Sequence record: PQ287642.1
DNA: 64,000 bases
Strand: one strand, 5' to 3'
In this document: piece after piece, positions 37,653 to 47,215 of the stretch
Layout of the letters: every line of letters begins with the position of its first letter
Position numbering within the stretch: position 1 is the stretch's first letter
Program-made: the position numbers and the translations under genes
Notes under the pieces: model-generated
The model's database searches: none
Told to the model about the DNA's origin: nothing
The model's input: the letters and a program-made list of their open reading frames with translations, nothing else

Positions 37653-37677
37653 CGGCATAAAGCCTCCTTTCGGAGGC
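37653..37677 (-). terminator. Hairpin with TTTATGCCG tail
   Basis: GCCTCC-GAAA-GGAGGC. Confidence 0.75.
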
Positions 37678-37683
37678 CCTATG

Positions 37684-38703
37684 TTAGTTATTTTCCAAAT
37701 ACCAACGTTCTGCAATAGCCCGTTGTTCTGGGGGAAGATAATCGTTACGAAGGAACGATGCAACAAGCTCCATCATTTCTTTCTCCGTACGACTGATCCC
37801 TTTCATTTCGTATATGGCGAGAATGTGACTAGAACTGTATTCAAGCGTGTATTTCTTATCCCGTTTAACATACGACGAGAAGTAACTCAGGCCGAAAGCC
37901 GTGATAACTTTACGCACGTAATTTTGTTTGAATTCCTCCATGTTAGCAATACCAACAAGTGCGAACAAATCATCGTTCACTTGAGGACAAATGGGATCAA
38001 GGGTTATCATTGGATACATAGTTGTCAGTGTATCCAAGAACACTGCTGCCATGGCCCTGTTGGGATTATTCAGGAAATCAATTACTTTCTGAACTCGTTC
38101 AGGTGTACGATGTTTACCCATCATTGCAATTGCACGGGTCAACGTATTTGGATCTCGCATTACGGCTCCAAATGTACGCATGAATTCACCATGCAGATAC
38201 GACACTAGAGAAGTGCAGTTCAATGCAATCTCGGCATGGCTGTCATCATTATGCTGATCGGTCAGGCGATAGTATTCTTGGATTCTATGATCTTCACCTT
38301 CAGCAAGCCCAATAAGGTTACCAATGCAGACTGGTTTCCATTCGGTATAGGTGCGTCGATCAATGTGGTGTTCCAATTGATTATCGATTTCAATCGTAAC
38401 GCCTTCCCAGATAACATCACTAGCAAAGATCTTATAAACCTCCAGTTGTTTTTCATCTAATGTGCCTGGAGGAGAATTAAATAGGGCACCTGCTTTATGT
38501 ACCTCATAGTCAATCTCTGTTTCGAATGCACTTCGACTAGTCAAGATTTCTTTGACTGTAAGGAACACCAGTTGAATCGCGGTGTTACGAGTCGGGCGCG
38601 GTAGACCCAGATGCGGATTGCTTTTGGTAAAGTGTTCGAGATATGTATACAGGACATCTACCTGTGGGTTAATCTCAAGCACTACAAACCGTTTGGACGA
38701 CAT
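37684..38703 (-). CDS. Conserved phiKZ-like protein
   Basis: 339 aa, GGAG RBS. Confidence 0.7.
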   Translation of the reverse strand: MSSKRFVVLEINPQVDVLYTYLEHFTKSNPHLGLPRPTRNTAIQLVFLTVKEILTSRSAFETEIDYEVHKAGALFNSPPGTLDEKQLEVYKIFASDVIWEGVTIEIDNQLEHHIDRRTYTEWKPVCIGNLIGLAEGEDHRIQEYYRLTDQHNDDSHAEIALNCTSLVSYLHGEFMRTFGAVMRDPNTLTRAIAMMGKHRTPERVQKVIDFLNNPNRAMAAVFLDTLTTMYPMITLDPICPQVNDDLFALVGIANMEEFKQNYVRKVITAFGLSYFSSYVKRDKKYTLEYSSSHILAIYEMKGISRTEKEMMELVASFLRNDYLPPEQRAIAERWYLENN

Positions 38704-38719
38704 TGCATTGCTCCATTTA

Positions 38720-39133
38720 TTAATTGATAGGTATTGCTAAGTAGATAACAGAACCAATACGTCTGTAACCAACATGCATCCCGGAAGCTTCCACTGGAAG
38801 ATTGAGAGTGTCGTAAAGTAATGAACGCGCCTCATTATGAAATGCCATCCATTCCAGTTCGGCCTGCGTGTTACGATATGGTGCGTAACCCATTACAAAA
38901 CAACATTGAAACGAATTTATTGCGTTCTGGATGAAATCATCTATTAACTGTTCCTTAGCTTTTACCAGGAGTCCTGAGAAGTCAGTAGTATCCATGTCAA
39001 CCGATTCAATTGCTTTAGATTTAACTAAAGCCATGAAGGGTGGTTGAGTAATGGCCTTTATGACTCCAGCCAACTCGAAGGCATGAAGTTGAACTTGTCT
39101 TTGAGGAATCATAGTTAGTATTCCGGAAATCAC
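38720..39133 (-). CDS. Hypothetical protein (start may be 39112)
   Basis: 137-aa ORF after an early promoter. Confidence 0.65.
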   Translation of the reverse strand: MISGILTMIPQRQVQLHAFELAGVIKAITQPPFMALVKSKAIESVDMDTTDFSGLLVKAKEQLIDDFIQNAINSFQCCFVMGYAPYRNTQAELEWMAFHNEARSLLYDTLNLPVEASGMHVGYRRIGSVIYLAIPIN

Positions 39134-39141
39134 TCAGAGCT

Positions 39142-39159
39142 ATGATATAGATTTGAAAT
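39142..39159 (-). promoter_or_regulatory. Early promoter variant
   Basis: ATTTCAAATCTATATCAT, identical to 29120-29137. Confidence 0.7.
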
Positions 39160-39261
39160 CTTTTAAAATCGTCACAGAACCCCCGTTGTATATGATACCC
39201 CACCTGGGTATTATCTCCATGGGTGTTCGTTCGCTGGCGAGCTTCCTAGGGGCGTTTAAAC

Positions 39262-40074
39262 ATGAATGCTATTCAATATGCACTTCGAGATTTACCTTTC
39301 CGAATTCCCCGTCAGATTCTAGAGTCTGTTTTCATTGGACAAGAAGCTGCATCTAATGCAGCTATTTGCGGTGAAGTCATTTCTCTTGAAACTAGAATTC
39401 GAGAGGCGGTATTAGAACCACGTGTCTTTGCAGACATGAACTTGATCGGTGGAACTAAAACTTATATTCCACTGGACTTTCCTGTTAAGTCTGAATATGT
39501 CGATCCGTACACTGTTATTTACTATATCCCGGATGAATACACCCAACAGCGTCCCATCGTCCAGGTATTTAGTATTCACTTCGGTATCCTAGGTTATCAG
39601 AACTCTGGATATGCAATGCACTATAATGAATCGACTATTGGTGCTGAATCACGTAAAGTATTAGACTCTGCGCGAAGACTACCTGTTGCACAGACTGCAT
39701 ACATTAACTTGATTAACCATAACACTGTTATGGTTAGATTTATTTACTTGCCTTCACATGCCGCGTATTTATCGTGTCGCTTGGGTAATGATGACGAGTT
39801 ACTTAATATTCGTCCTCAGGCTATCCCTGTATTCTCTAAACTAGTTGAATATGCTGTTAAAGCCTACTGCTATAATGAACTTTACATCAATATGGGTGAA
39901 GCTCAGTTATCTGGCGGTCAAGAGCTTGGTGTATTCCGTGACAAAGTTTACGAATGGTCTGAAGCGAACGATCTCTATGATGAGCAACTGAAGAAGTGGC
40001 GGAAGGTATCCCGGAACTTCAATGACCCTGAAGGTAACCGACACCATATCCGTACTATCATGGCGGCGCCGTAA
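39262..40074 (+). CDS. Conserved core virion protein
   Basis: 270 aa on the late (+) strand; TATG upstream. Confidence 0.6.
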   Translation: MNAIQYALRDLPFRIPRQILESVFIGQEAASNAAICGEVISLETRIREAVLEPRVFADMNLIGGTKTYIPLDFPVKSEYVDPYTVIYYIPDEYTQQRPIVQVFSIHFGILGYQNSGYAMHYNESTIGAESRKVLDSARRLPVAQTAYINLINHNTVMVRFIYLPSHAAYLSCRLGNDDELLNIRPQAIPVFSKLVEYAVKAYCYNELYINMGEAQLSGGQELGVFRDKVYEWSEANDLYDEQLKKWRKVSRNFNDPEGNRHHIRTIMAAP

Positions 40075-40090
40075 GGGCGTAGGTGTTTAT

Positions 40091-41008
40091 ATGTTCGAGT
40101 CTTTACTCGCTACATTAGTCAGAACTAATCTTGGATGGCAAGGAATCCCTGTACAGGGTCCTAACATGCCTGTTACTAGGGTAGGTGCACCTGCAACCCT
40201 ACTCAATGGTAAAGTATATATTGCTGGTGGCGGCACGCAAGGTGGAACAAATGGTGTATCCACTTCGACGTTAATGACGTATGATCTTGCCACTGGTGTG
40301 TATGATCAAAACTTCAGTACTGTTCCGTCGTCTGTATATTTCTCTGGTATCGTTAACGATGGAACATATCTGTACCACCTCGGCGGCGCTACATTTCCAG
40401 GTAATGCTGTTAATAGCACTTTTGTTAGGATTGATCCATTAACAAAAGAAAAACTGGTTTTGAAATCCCCACCTGTGGCTCGTTACGATTTCCACATGTT
40501 CTATGAGTCGGGCTTTATTTATACTTACGGTGGCACGCCGTCAAACGACGTGTTAATGAAATATAATATCGCTACCGACACTTGGGAAACTGTAACCCAA
40601 CCAACACTTCGCCCGCCAGCTAGAACATCGTCTGCTAGTGTTTATCTAAATGGTAAATTCTATTTAATCGGTGGCGTTAGCAATCGTAATGATTTCTGGG
40701 AATATACTTTATCCACAAATACGTGGGTACAGCTAAGTAATTTCCCAATTACTACTTGGGTTGGTAGTGGCTTCACCATGGATGGTCGGATATTCCTGAT
40801 GCCTGGTGCACCCTTAATCAATAACAACGCGAATAAAAATATCTACGAATATTTACCCGATGAAAATAAATGGGTATTGTTCAAGAATATAGCTAATATC
40901 GTATTCAATTCGAGTATTGTATCCGATGGAAAACGGTTGTATTGTTTCGGTGGTTCTGGTAACAGTTCAGTCAACGCTGCTAGTAATGCCATGTATTATC
41001 TAAAATAA
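40091..41008 (+). CDS. Kelch-repeat beta-propeller protein
   Basis: Repeated YxxGG...YD/YN...W units (YIAGG, YHLGG, YTYGG, YLIGG, YCFGG); start ATG 40091 after AGGTG. Confidence 0.85.
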   Translation: MFESLLATLVRTNLGWQGIPVQGPNMPVTRVGAPATLLNGKVYIAGGGTQGGTNGVSTSTLMTYDLATGVYDQNFSTVPSSVYFSGIVNDGTYLYHLGGATFPGNAVNSTFVRIDPLTKEKLVLKSPPVARYDFHMFYESGFIYTYGGTPSNDVLMKYNIATDTWETVTQPTLRPPARTSSASVYLNGKFYLIGGVSNRNDFWEYTLSTNTWVQLSNFPITTWVGSGFTMDGRIFLMPGAPLINNNANKNIYEYLPDENKWVLFKNIANIVFNSSIVSDGKRLYCFGGSGNSSVNAASNAMYYLK

Positions 41009-41023
41009 AAAAAAAATAAGTAT

Positions 41024-41055
41024 AGCCCCTACCTTCGGGTAGGGGCTTTATGCCA
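41024..41055. terminator. Bidirectional hairpin with TTATGCC tail
   Basis: AGCCCCTACC-TTCG-GGTAGGGGCT; same stem as 30250. Confidence 0.85.
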
Positions 41056-41292
41056 TTATGACAAACGCTCCAAGCATTCCAGAACGTCATCAGGATCACA
41101 TTTCATGCAAACCAAATCAGGTTTCGATGCCGATGCTTCAGCAACAAGCTCTAGATTACTATCATTAATGATGACCTTATCTTCCTGAACGAAGACATCC
41201 CAATCCCCATAAGTCCAACGGCCCTGAGGATTAGTTTCGACAACACGTTTGGCTTCAGCTTGGACCTTATCAAAGAAAGCTTGCATAATCAA
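41056..41292 (-). CDS. Hypothetical early protein
   Basis: 78 aa, AGGAG RBS. Confidence 0.7.
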   Translation of the reverse strand: MIMQAFFDKVQAEAKRVVETNPQGRWTYGDWDVFVQEDKVIINDSNLELVAEASASKPDLVCMKCDPDDVLECLERLS

Positions 41293-41297
41293 TCTCC

Positions 41298-41522
41298 TTA
41301 CACGTTATTAAGAATAGACAGGATCATTGCTTTCGGAGTAACGCCAACACCGGCACAATAACGACGGAAAGATTCGCATGGCTGTGTAGCTTTACGTTCA
41401 ACTACATTCAAGTTAAAGCACATGTTACCACGTGCATCAAGAATGGTTACAAATTTACTATTGCTGGTTACTCGGTAATCACGACCGAGAACCTTTACGG
41501 TTTTGTACGCATGGCTATTCAT
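41298..41522 (-). CDS. Hypothetical early protein
   Basis: 74 aa, AGAGG RBS, promoter upstream. Confidence 0.7.
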   Translation of the reverse strand: MNSHAYKTVKVLGRDYRVTSNSKFVTILDARGNMCFNLNVVERKATQPCESFRRYCAGVGVTPKAMILSILNNV

Positions 41523-41555
41523 GTCGTGATACCTCTAAGGTTTATTATCACGTTT

Positions 41556-41573
41556 GTAATATAGCCTTTAAAT
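41556..41573 (-). promoter_or_regulatory. Early promoter
   Basis: ATTTAAAGGCTATATTAC. Confidence 0.8.
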
Positions 41574-41606
41574 TGGTTTGAATGTAAAAAAGAAAAACAA
41601 AATAAA

Positions 41607-41624
41607 CCCACCCCGAAGGGTGGG
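41607..41624 (-). terminator. Intrinsic terminator
   Basis: CCCACCC-TTCG-GGGTGGG then a U-rich run. Confidence 0.8.
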
Positions 41625-41631
41625 CCTGTAT

Positions 41632-42039
41632 CTAAATGTTTACTAAAAGAGCTTTATCCAACAGCAAGATAACCCAGAAAGAAAATAAGTATGCTTCAAC
41701 AGCAGCAGGCTTATATTTCTGTTTTACATCTTCCATTAAGTTGAATACATGTATCGAATATAGTTTACCTATAATAGCAATTATCGCTACAAGCGTAACA
41801 ATACCCGCACCAATCCACATGCTATCAACATTCTTATTAAGGAAGCCAACCGTCACGCTTGCCATGAATACAACAACCGTGGTTATCAACCAATTAGCTA
41901 ACTGATTAACACGTAGCTCCAGTTCAGGATGACGGTTATTGTTATCGTCTCTATATTTTTTTTTATCTATCGCAATGATAGTAAAGGAAATACCAAGACC
42001 GATGAAGAAAGACAAAAATATCGCAAACAGACTTATCAT
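41632..42039 (-). CDS. Membrane protein (about 4 TM)
   Basis: 135 aa with four hydrophobic segments. Confidence 0.7.
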   Translation of the reverse strand: MISLFAIFLSFFIGLGISFTIIAIDKKKYRDDNNNRHPELELRVNQLANWLITTVVVFMASVTVGFLNKNVDSMWIGAGIVTLVAIIAIIGKLYSIHVFNLMEDVKQKYKPAAVEAYLFSFWVILLLDKALLVNI

Positions 42040-42045
42040 TTTATC

Positions 42046-42552
42046 TCACCAATAACGTCTAAGGAATACATCGAGATCTTGTACAGCACGATGATCCTTA
42101 GCCCGTACTTTAGGGTCTCTCGATTCTATCTTCTCAAGGGCTTCAAACGTTTCTTTCAGGTGAAGGGGATGGAGAACTTGGACCTCGTAACTATTAACAA
42201 GTTGTCCTTGTTGCTCCTTTGTCATTTTGCGCAAACGGGTGAAATCATAGAAGACAATGAACTTACCTTGATCGTCTTCTGTCTCTTCGTTACCAGCTTC
42301 AATCCAGCGATTGTATTGAGCAGGTGTCAGAAAGATATCAATGGTATTCACTTCTTTACGCAGATTGTAAATAACCATTGCACTGAGATGACCTAGGGCC
42401 ATTTCTTCAGGTGGGCACTTATTGGTAGTAGCCCAAGTTTTCATGATCTCGATGATGTGTTCACGTTGCGACATGCTAAGTACTCTATAGTGATTACATA
42501 TCAGTAGTTTTGGAGTGTCTTTCCAATACAAAACTGTGCCGTACTGATCCAC
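42046..42552 (-). CDS. Hypothetical protein
   Basis: 168-aa ORF. Confidence 0.65.
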   Translation of the reverse strand: MDQYGTVLYWKDTPKLLICNHYRVLSMSQREHIIEIMKTWATTNKCPPEEMALGHLSAMVIYNLRKEVNTIDIFLTPAQYNRWIEAGNEETEDDQGKFIVFYDFTRLRKMTKEQQGQLVNSYEVQVLHPLHLKETFEALEKIESRDPKVRAKDHRAVQDLDVFLRRYW

Positions 42553-42779
42553 TGGCGGACTTCACCTTGCGTGGACGAGAGTTCAATTTCATCGCCCGTC
42601 AAAGTGGCGGTGAGATATTCCTTTGTATGTCCGCGACTACGACTAGAAAAGGTAATTACATTACCCTTCTTTTTGACAGCAAGACGAGTATAGCTATCAC
42701 CAGCTACGCAGGTTTCATCGAGTTCAAGTTCGATCCATTCTCGGATCATTTCTTTGAGTTGCTCATTTGGACTTTGCAT
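42501..42779 (-). CDS. Hypothetical protein
   Basis: Likely start MQSPNEQ at 42779 with GGAG RBS. Confidence 0.6.
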   Translation of the reverse strand: MQSPNEQLKEMIREWIELELDETCVAGDSYTRLAVKKKGNVITFSSRSRGHTKEYLTATLTGDEIELSSTQGEVRQWISTAQFCIGKTLQNY

Positions 42780-43329
42780 TAACTTTCTCCATCGCTTCAA
42801 TTGCTAGCACGATACCAGCACGGGTAGGGATAGGTTCTTCAGTAGAGTAATCAAACGTCACGGTCTTTTCTGAAAGATTGACCTCTACGGGCCATTGACG
42901 CCATCTGGCGGCAGTGTGACGGATCCACAGTATATCTTTGTCGATAGGAGAACTGTAGAACTCTAGGTTATTATGCACGCTATCATTCCACGCTTGACGT
43001 GGAAGTTTAGACACCCGATCTACGACTGTCTTTTCAAACGATCGATGAACGATAAATTGGAGAGTGTTATAAATTAACTCATGGGCACTATCCTGATCGT
43101 CAGCCCAAAGACAGTTGATACGATCAAGCCGTTTCGAGAGAGGATCAAGTTCAAATACAACATCGGGACACAACCGCTTATTTGGATCCGTCCCTTGCAT
43201 CAGGATAGAATTTTTATTTGGCGCATACCACAATTGAACATGGCGTTTGGTATTAGGGTCGATACATGCAGAACGCTGACGGCCGAGAAGTCTCCAGATC
43301 TGGATCAGGGTAGCTATATCGTTAAACAT
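42763..43329 (-). CDS. Hypothetical protein
   Basis: Start ATG 43329 (GGGAG RBS); the ORF-track extension runs through a terminator. Confidence 0.65.
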   Translation of the reverse strand: MFNDIATLIQIWRLLGRQRSACIDPNTKRHVQLWYAPNKNSILMQGTDPNKRLCPDVVFELDPLSKRLDRINCLWADDQDSAHELIYNTLQFIVHRSFEKTVVDRVSKLPRQAWNDSVHNNLEFYSSPIDKDILWIRHTAARWRQWPVEVNLSEKTVTFDYSTEEPIPTRAGIVLAIEAMEKVNAKSK

Positions 43330-43350
43330 TTCTATCTCCCATGGACATAA

Positions 43351-43372
43351 GCTCTCCCATCTAAGGGAGAGC
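43351..43372 (-). terminator. Hairpin with TATG on both sides
   Basis: GCTCTCCC/GGGAGAGC. Confidence 0.7.
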
Positions 43373-43374
43373 AT

Positions 43375-43872
43375 TTATGCCACTTTTTCTTTACATGTTT
43401 CGGTTAATGTTACACCCCATCCGGGATGACTCTTTCTGTTAAATAACAATGGCTTACTACGTATAAACGGAGCATCCTCTGTAAAAACGGTGAATGTACA
43501 ATGACCGGGGTTGTCATCAATCTTGAAATAGAAATTTTCTTTTAGGTCATCTACTTTAGTAATGTTCAATGGAATTAACATTCCACCCCCATGAACATAC
43601 CAACGTTTGTAAATCCTTTTAGCAAGCCTATCCTCGACCATTGGATTAGACTGGAACCGAGCTATCCTCAAACGCATTCCATTGACTTCAGACCACGCAT
43701 CAACTTTGTCGTAACATGTGACTCCATTCTTGTCATATACAAACACAAAGCCTTCAAGAACGCCGACTAAGGTGACGGCATGGTGTAACATCGCTGTGTA
43801 ATTGGAGAGTTCGAGGTTAAGCTCAGCTGCCATTAGCTCATCGAGCTTTTTCGCTGCTGTCTTAGCCATCAT
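43375..43872 (-). CDS. Hypothetical protein
   Basis: 165 aa, AAGGAGG RBS. Confidence 0.75.
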   Translation of the reverse strand: MMAKTAAKKLDELMAAELNLELSNYTAMLHHAVTLVGVLEGFVFVYDKNGVTCYDKVDAWSEVNGMRLRIARFQSNPMVEDRLAKRIYKRWYVHGGGMLIPLNITKVDDLKENFYFKIDDNPGHCTFTVFTEDAPFIRSKPLLFNRKSHPGWGVTLTETCKEKVA

Positions 43873-43948
43873 TCCTCCTTAGAGGTTTAATCAGGTTTCA
43901 TTATTGATTCCTTACTGTTGTTAATTGATACAAAAGATTGGACGGTTA

Positions 43949-44371
43949 TTAAGGCTTCATATAACCTTGATAACGTTCTATAGCTCGTTCACCTACGGCT
44001 TTACGATGTTCATGCATTTCAACAGCATCGCGCCTGGCATACGTAGCCCAAATGCGGGCACTGTCCATTATATCCCTTTGATAAAGGTCAGTTCCACTCA
44101 GAGCTTGAATAAACTCATCGTCCGGTAGATCTTCCTGTTTGTAGAAAGTATCCTCTGCTTGGATATAATAAAACAGTACTTGGAGTGCAGCCCTTGTCTC
44201 GGAGTCAGAGAGCAAAGCTTTCAATGCACTGCGCATTGTGTTATTACAGACGTCGCAGTTAATAGCGAGTTCACCAATGGTAATACGGTCATTCTGTGCC
44301 ACAGTTCGCATCAATACTTCAGTGCAATCAACGGCCAGTTTGATAAGACGTTCAGGTGTAAGCTTTATCAT
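43949..44371 (-). CDS. Hypothetical protein
   Basis: 140 aa, coupled start. Confidence 0.7.
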   Translation of the reverse strand: MIKLTPERLIKLAVDCTEVLMRTVAQNDRITIGELAINCDVCNNTMRSALKALLSDSETRAALQVLFYYIQAEDTFYKQEDLPDDEFIQALSGTDLYQRDIMDSARIWATYARRDAVEMHEHRKAVGERAIERYQGYMKP

Positions 44372-44610
44372 TTCTTCTCCTTACAAACAAAGATAATCTT
44401 CGTTGTTCGATTTGTATTGATGACATGGAGTTCACTGTTATCGCCACGGTGGTAACTGATATTCCAATTATTCCGGGTATACAAAGAACTGTGTTGATCA
44501 ATGATGGCTCTACACACCTCAATGGAAGACACAGAAACTTCTTCTTCTTTAACTACAGGTAATTCGCCAATAGCTCCTGTAGAGACAATGGTAGCTAAGA
44601 TCCAACTCAT
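44368..44610 (-). CDS. Hypothetical small protein with two Cys
   Basis: 80 aa, GGAGG RBS. Confidence 0.7.
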   Translation of the reverse strand: MSWILATIVSTGAIGELPVVKEEEVSVSSIEVCRAIIDQHSSLYTRNNWNISYHRGDNSELHVINTNRTTKIIFVCKEKK

Positions 44611-44632
44611 GAAACCTCCAGACGGAATAAAA

Positions 44633-44650
44633 GGGGAGCCGAAGCTCCCC
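44633..44650 (-). terminator. Terminator after phuZ
   Basis: GGGGAGC-TTCG-GCTCCCC then TTTTATT. Confidence 0.85.
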
Positions 44651-44656
44651 AGTTAT

Positions 44657-45604
44657 TTAGAGGACGAAACCATCATCAGAACGGTTGTCATCGATATCAA
44701 CGATCGCAGCTCGTTGGGTGTAACGAACTTGCTGACGATGATGTTCCTGTTTTTGATCCAGGAGAGACTTAATCCGCTCTTGGATACCAACCGAGTTGAT
44801 AACGAAGTGCAGTTGCTCAGACAGAGCGTCTTCGTCGTCAGGGGATGCGATACCCACAGTCCGAACAAACGGATTACCATAAGCTACTTCTTTGGAAGCA
44901 TCTGTGTACAGGGATGCGACAGAAATCATCTCAGGGACAGAAGCTGCTTCTTGGCGAGAAGTATGGATATGCAGTTCACACAGTTGCGGTTGAATGTAAC
45001 TATGCTTACTAGTGAAACGTGCCCAGTGATCCAGATCCAGTACATCAAGACGTTCATGTTTCTGATTAGACAGGTAAATCAGAGCATGGACAGCAAATAC
45101 CGCATCTTTGTCGATTTCGGAATACGGAACGCCGTTCACGTTTTCGATCGGACAGATGTTGATCGGGGTGTTGGTTGCAGCAGCGATACCTTCCAGAGTC
45201 TTCATGGTATCGATATCGTTTTGCAGAACCTCAGTGGATTCAATACCACTGACAACGACTGGAATTACAGTTTCACCAGCTTTAGCCAGAGCCGATACAA
45301 TCAGCGGACCAAGAACAGAACCAGAACCACCACCCATAGAAAACAGGACGATATTGAAATCGCCAGCTGGATATCGTTCAAGGAAAGGTGCAATCTGATG
45401 GCGAACCTTAGGCATGATGAATGCACGGTTCTTACCTGCCCCACGAGTACCCTCGGTCAAAAAGACACGATCGATATCATGACTAGAACTTACGTTCTTA
45501 TCGCAGGTGTCAATGTATACCAGATCCGGATGCCATTGAAGGTTTACACCAATATTCAGACCAGCACCACCACAGCAGTATACACGAGTTTTTACTTTAG
45601 TCAT
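44657..45604 (-). CDS. phuZ: Phage tubulin PhuZ
   Basis: GGAGLNI, GAGKNR, tubulin signature MGGGSGS, acidic tail DIDDNRSDDGFVL. Confidence 0.95.
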   Translation of the reverse strand: MTKVKTRVYCCGGAGLNIGVNLQWHPDLVYIDTCDKNVSSSHDIDRVFLTEGTRGAGKNRAFIMPKVRHQIAPFLERYPAGDFNIVLFSMGGGSGSVLGPLIVSALAKAGETVIPVVVSGIESTEVLQNDIDTMKTLEGIAAATNTPINICPIENVNGVPYSEIDKDAVFAVHALIYLSNQKHERLDVLDLDHWARFTSKHSYIQPQLCELHIHTSRQEAASVPEMISVASLYTDASKEVAYGNPFVRTVGIASPDDEDALSEQLHFVINSVGIQERIKSLLDQKQEHHRQQVRYTQRAAIVDIDDNRSDDGFVL

Positions 45605-45750
45605 TTCCACGTTTCCTCTTGATTAACCTTCTTGAATTGTAACTAGCGTGTCGCGTTCTTGTTCATTGAGCACAGTCTTGCTGTTCATCCCAAAATGAAT
45701 ACTACCAAACGCTCCATTGTCACACATATTAACCGTAACTCCGGTATTTG

Positions 45751-46515
45751 TTAGCTAAGAACTAGCTCTTGGTCTTTGAACGAATTGAGATAGACTTTAA
45801 CCTGAACATCGACTCCAAGATAGTAACCTACCATCAAGGTTACCGTACAGTTATCGTGAACCATGGTGTTAACAATGGATACATTATCCAGATTAGCAAA
45901 ATTCCTGATTGTTGGCGTTATCCGATAAATCTTCGGAATTGACTCGAAGTCAAACTCGTGTCGTTCACTAACCTTCAGTGTATTCAGATCCAAGAACGTG
46001 ATTGTCTTTGGACGACAGTATTCATCAACTTCGACATGTTTAATCGCAGATGACGTATTCTCAGGAACTAGAAGCTGATATACTCGATCATTACTGTAGA
46101 AAGTAATACGACCGATTTCCTGTTTGATCCACTCACTGGGTTTATAATAACTAACCGAATGAACGGCGGTATCGAAGCTCATAGAACTTTGGACATCGAA
46201 GAATTTATATCCTTCGGCAATCATCAGTTCAATAAGCTTCTGATAATGTTCTCCCAATCGATGAACTGTATTACGTTGACCAATTGCACTGAAGAACGAA
46301 CCTAGGTTCTGTTTAGTGATTTCAATATTTGCCTCACTAGGTTTGTAGGTCAGTTCGAAGTCTTCCTGTGTTACGTTCCATTCCGATACTTTCAGAAAGA
46401 TATCGTTGGTAACTGGATGAACTGCACCAAAGGTGATTTCATCTACGTTTTCAATAACCAGGAAGTTCTTGAAGATATCTTTGATGGCTGGAAGTGCTTC
46501 GCCAATAGATTTCAT
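45751..46515 (-). CDS. Hypothetical protein
   Basis: 254 aa, AGAGGA RBS. Confidence 0.7.
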   Translation of the reverse strand: MKSIGEALPAIKDIFKNFLVIENVDEITFGAVHPVTNDIFLKVSEWNVTQEDFELTYKPSEANIEITKQNLGSFFSAIGQRNTVHRLGEHYQKLIELMIAEGYKFFDVQSSMSFDTAVHSVSYYKPSEWIKQEIGRITFYSNDRVYQLLVPENTSSAIKHVEVDEYCRPKTITFLDLNTLKVSERHEFDFESIPKIYRITPTIRNFANLDNVSIVNTMVHDNCTVTLMVGYYLGVDVQVKVYLNSFKDQELVLS

Positions 46516-46640
46516 TTCGATTCCTCTTTAGGAAGGACCAAGAAAGTAAACCCGTTACCACTTGCATGGATAACCAGTTCCAATTTGCCACCGTTGTCGA
46601 TAGCATGTTGCATCAGGCGGTTGTAATTGATAGCGCTCAT
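46512..46640 (-). CDS. Small protein (42 aa), below the ORF-track cutoff
   Basis: MSAINYNRLMQHAIDNGGKLELVIHASGNGFTFLVLPKEESK; GAGGA RBS; stop overlaps the next ATG (ATGA). Confidence 0.7.
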   Translation of the reverse strand: MSAINYNRLMQHAIDNGGKLELVIHASGNGFTFLVLPKEESK

Positions 46641-46650
46641 TTGTATTTCC

Positions 46651-46872
46651 TCAGGTTAGAATTTCAGAAATGGGGACCACACGAATAATCAGGGTCGTTG
46701 GAGATTGATACTCTTTACTAACCGTTGCCATTATCACTGACGGATAAGAACAGAGAATCGTCTTAGGGGAGACCATGTCGACTTTGAACTTAATGTACAT
46801 CTGTTTGATCAACTCATGGACATCTTCGTCGTTGTTAACCAAGAACAAAGAATCAGGGATCAATGTTTTCAT
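46651..46872 (-). CDS. Hypothetical early protein
   Basis: 73 aa after an early promoter. Confidence 0.65.
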   Translation of the reverse strand: MKTLIPDSLFLVNNDEDVHELIKQMYIKFKVDMVSPKTILCSYPSVIMATVSKEYQSPTTLIIRVVPISEILT

Positions 46873-46911
46873 TTTCGGTTTTTCCAGTTTTACGAGTTAA
46901 TATTCAACTAG

Positions 46912-46929
46912 GTAATATAGATTTGAAAT
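46912..46929 (-). promoter_or_regulatory. Early promoter (consensus)
   Basis: ATTTCAAATCTATATTAC. Confidence 0.85.
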
Positions 46930-47210
46930 CTTTTTTACTACTGGGTGGATGGGGCTTTGTAGCCCCACGACACCCTCTTCCAAGTTTTGCGACATAGTCG
47001 TTTTTATTTCCCTACCCCCGTACTAAAGAATAAGGAAATTATATATGGGACCCCCCCAAAGGGTCCCCCCCACATATAATTACTATTTATATAAAATTTC
47101 TTTTAAAGAAAAAGCATTTAATAAGGAAAATACTCTTTATTAAAGATATCTATTCTTTAACAACAAGTTACTTATGCGCGGCCGGCCCCGCGAAAAAAAA
47201 AATAAAGTGG
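46930..47210. other. Non-coding region with inverted repeats, C7/G7 tracts and an AT-rich tract (origin candidate)
   Basis: See finding; the structure is directly visible, the function is inferred. Confidence 0.45.
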
Positions 47211-47215
47211 AATAA

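Noticed and set aside
28133-45622. Antisense ORFs such as 28133-29101 and 44501-45622
   Set aside because: Opposite confident genes (gp53-like, phuZ); no RBS or family motifs
45623-45760. Frameshift joining the 254-aa ORF to the 34-aa ORF before phuZ
   Set aside because: No slippery sequence at the junction, and a TAG lies in the target frame just before it
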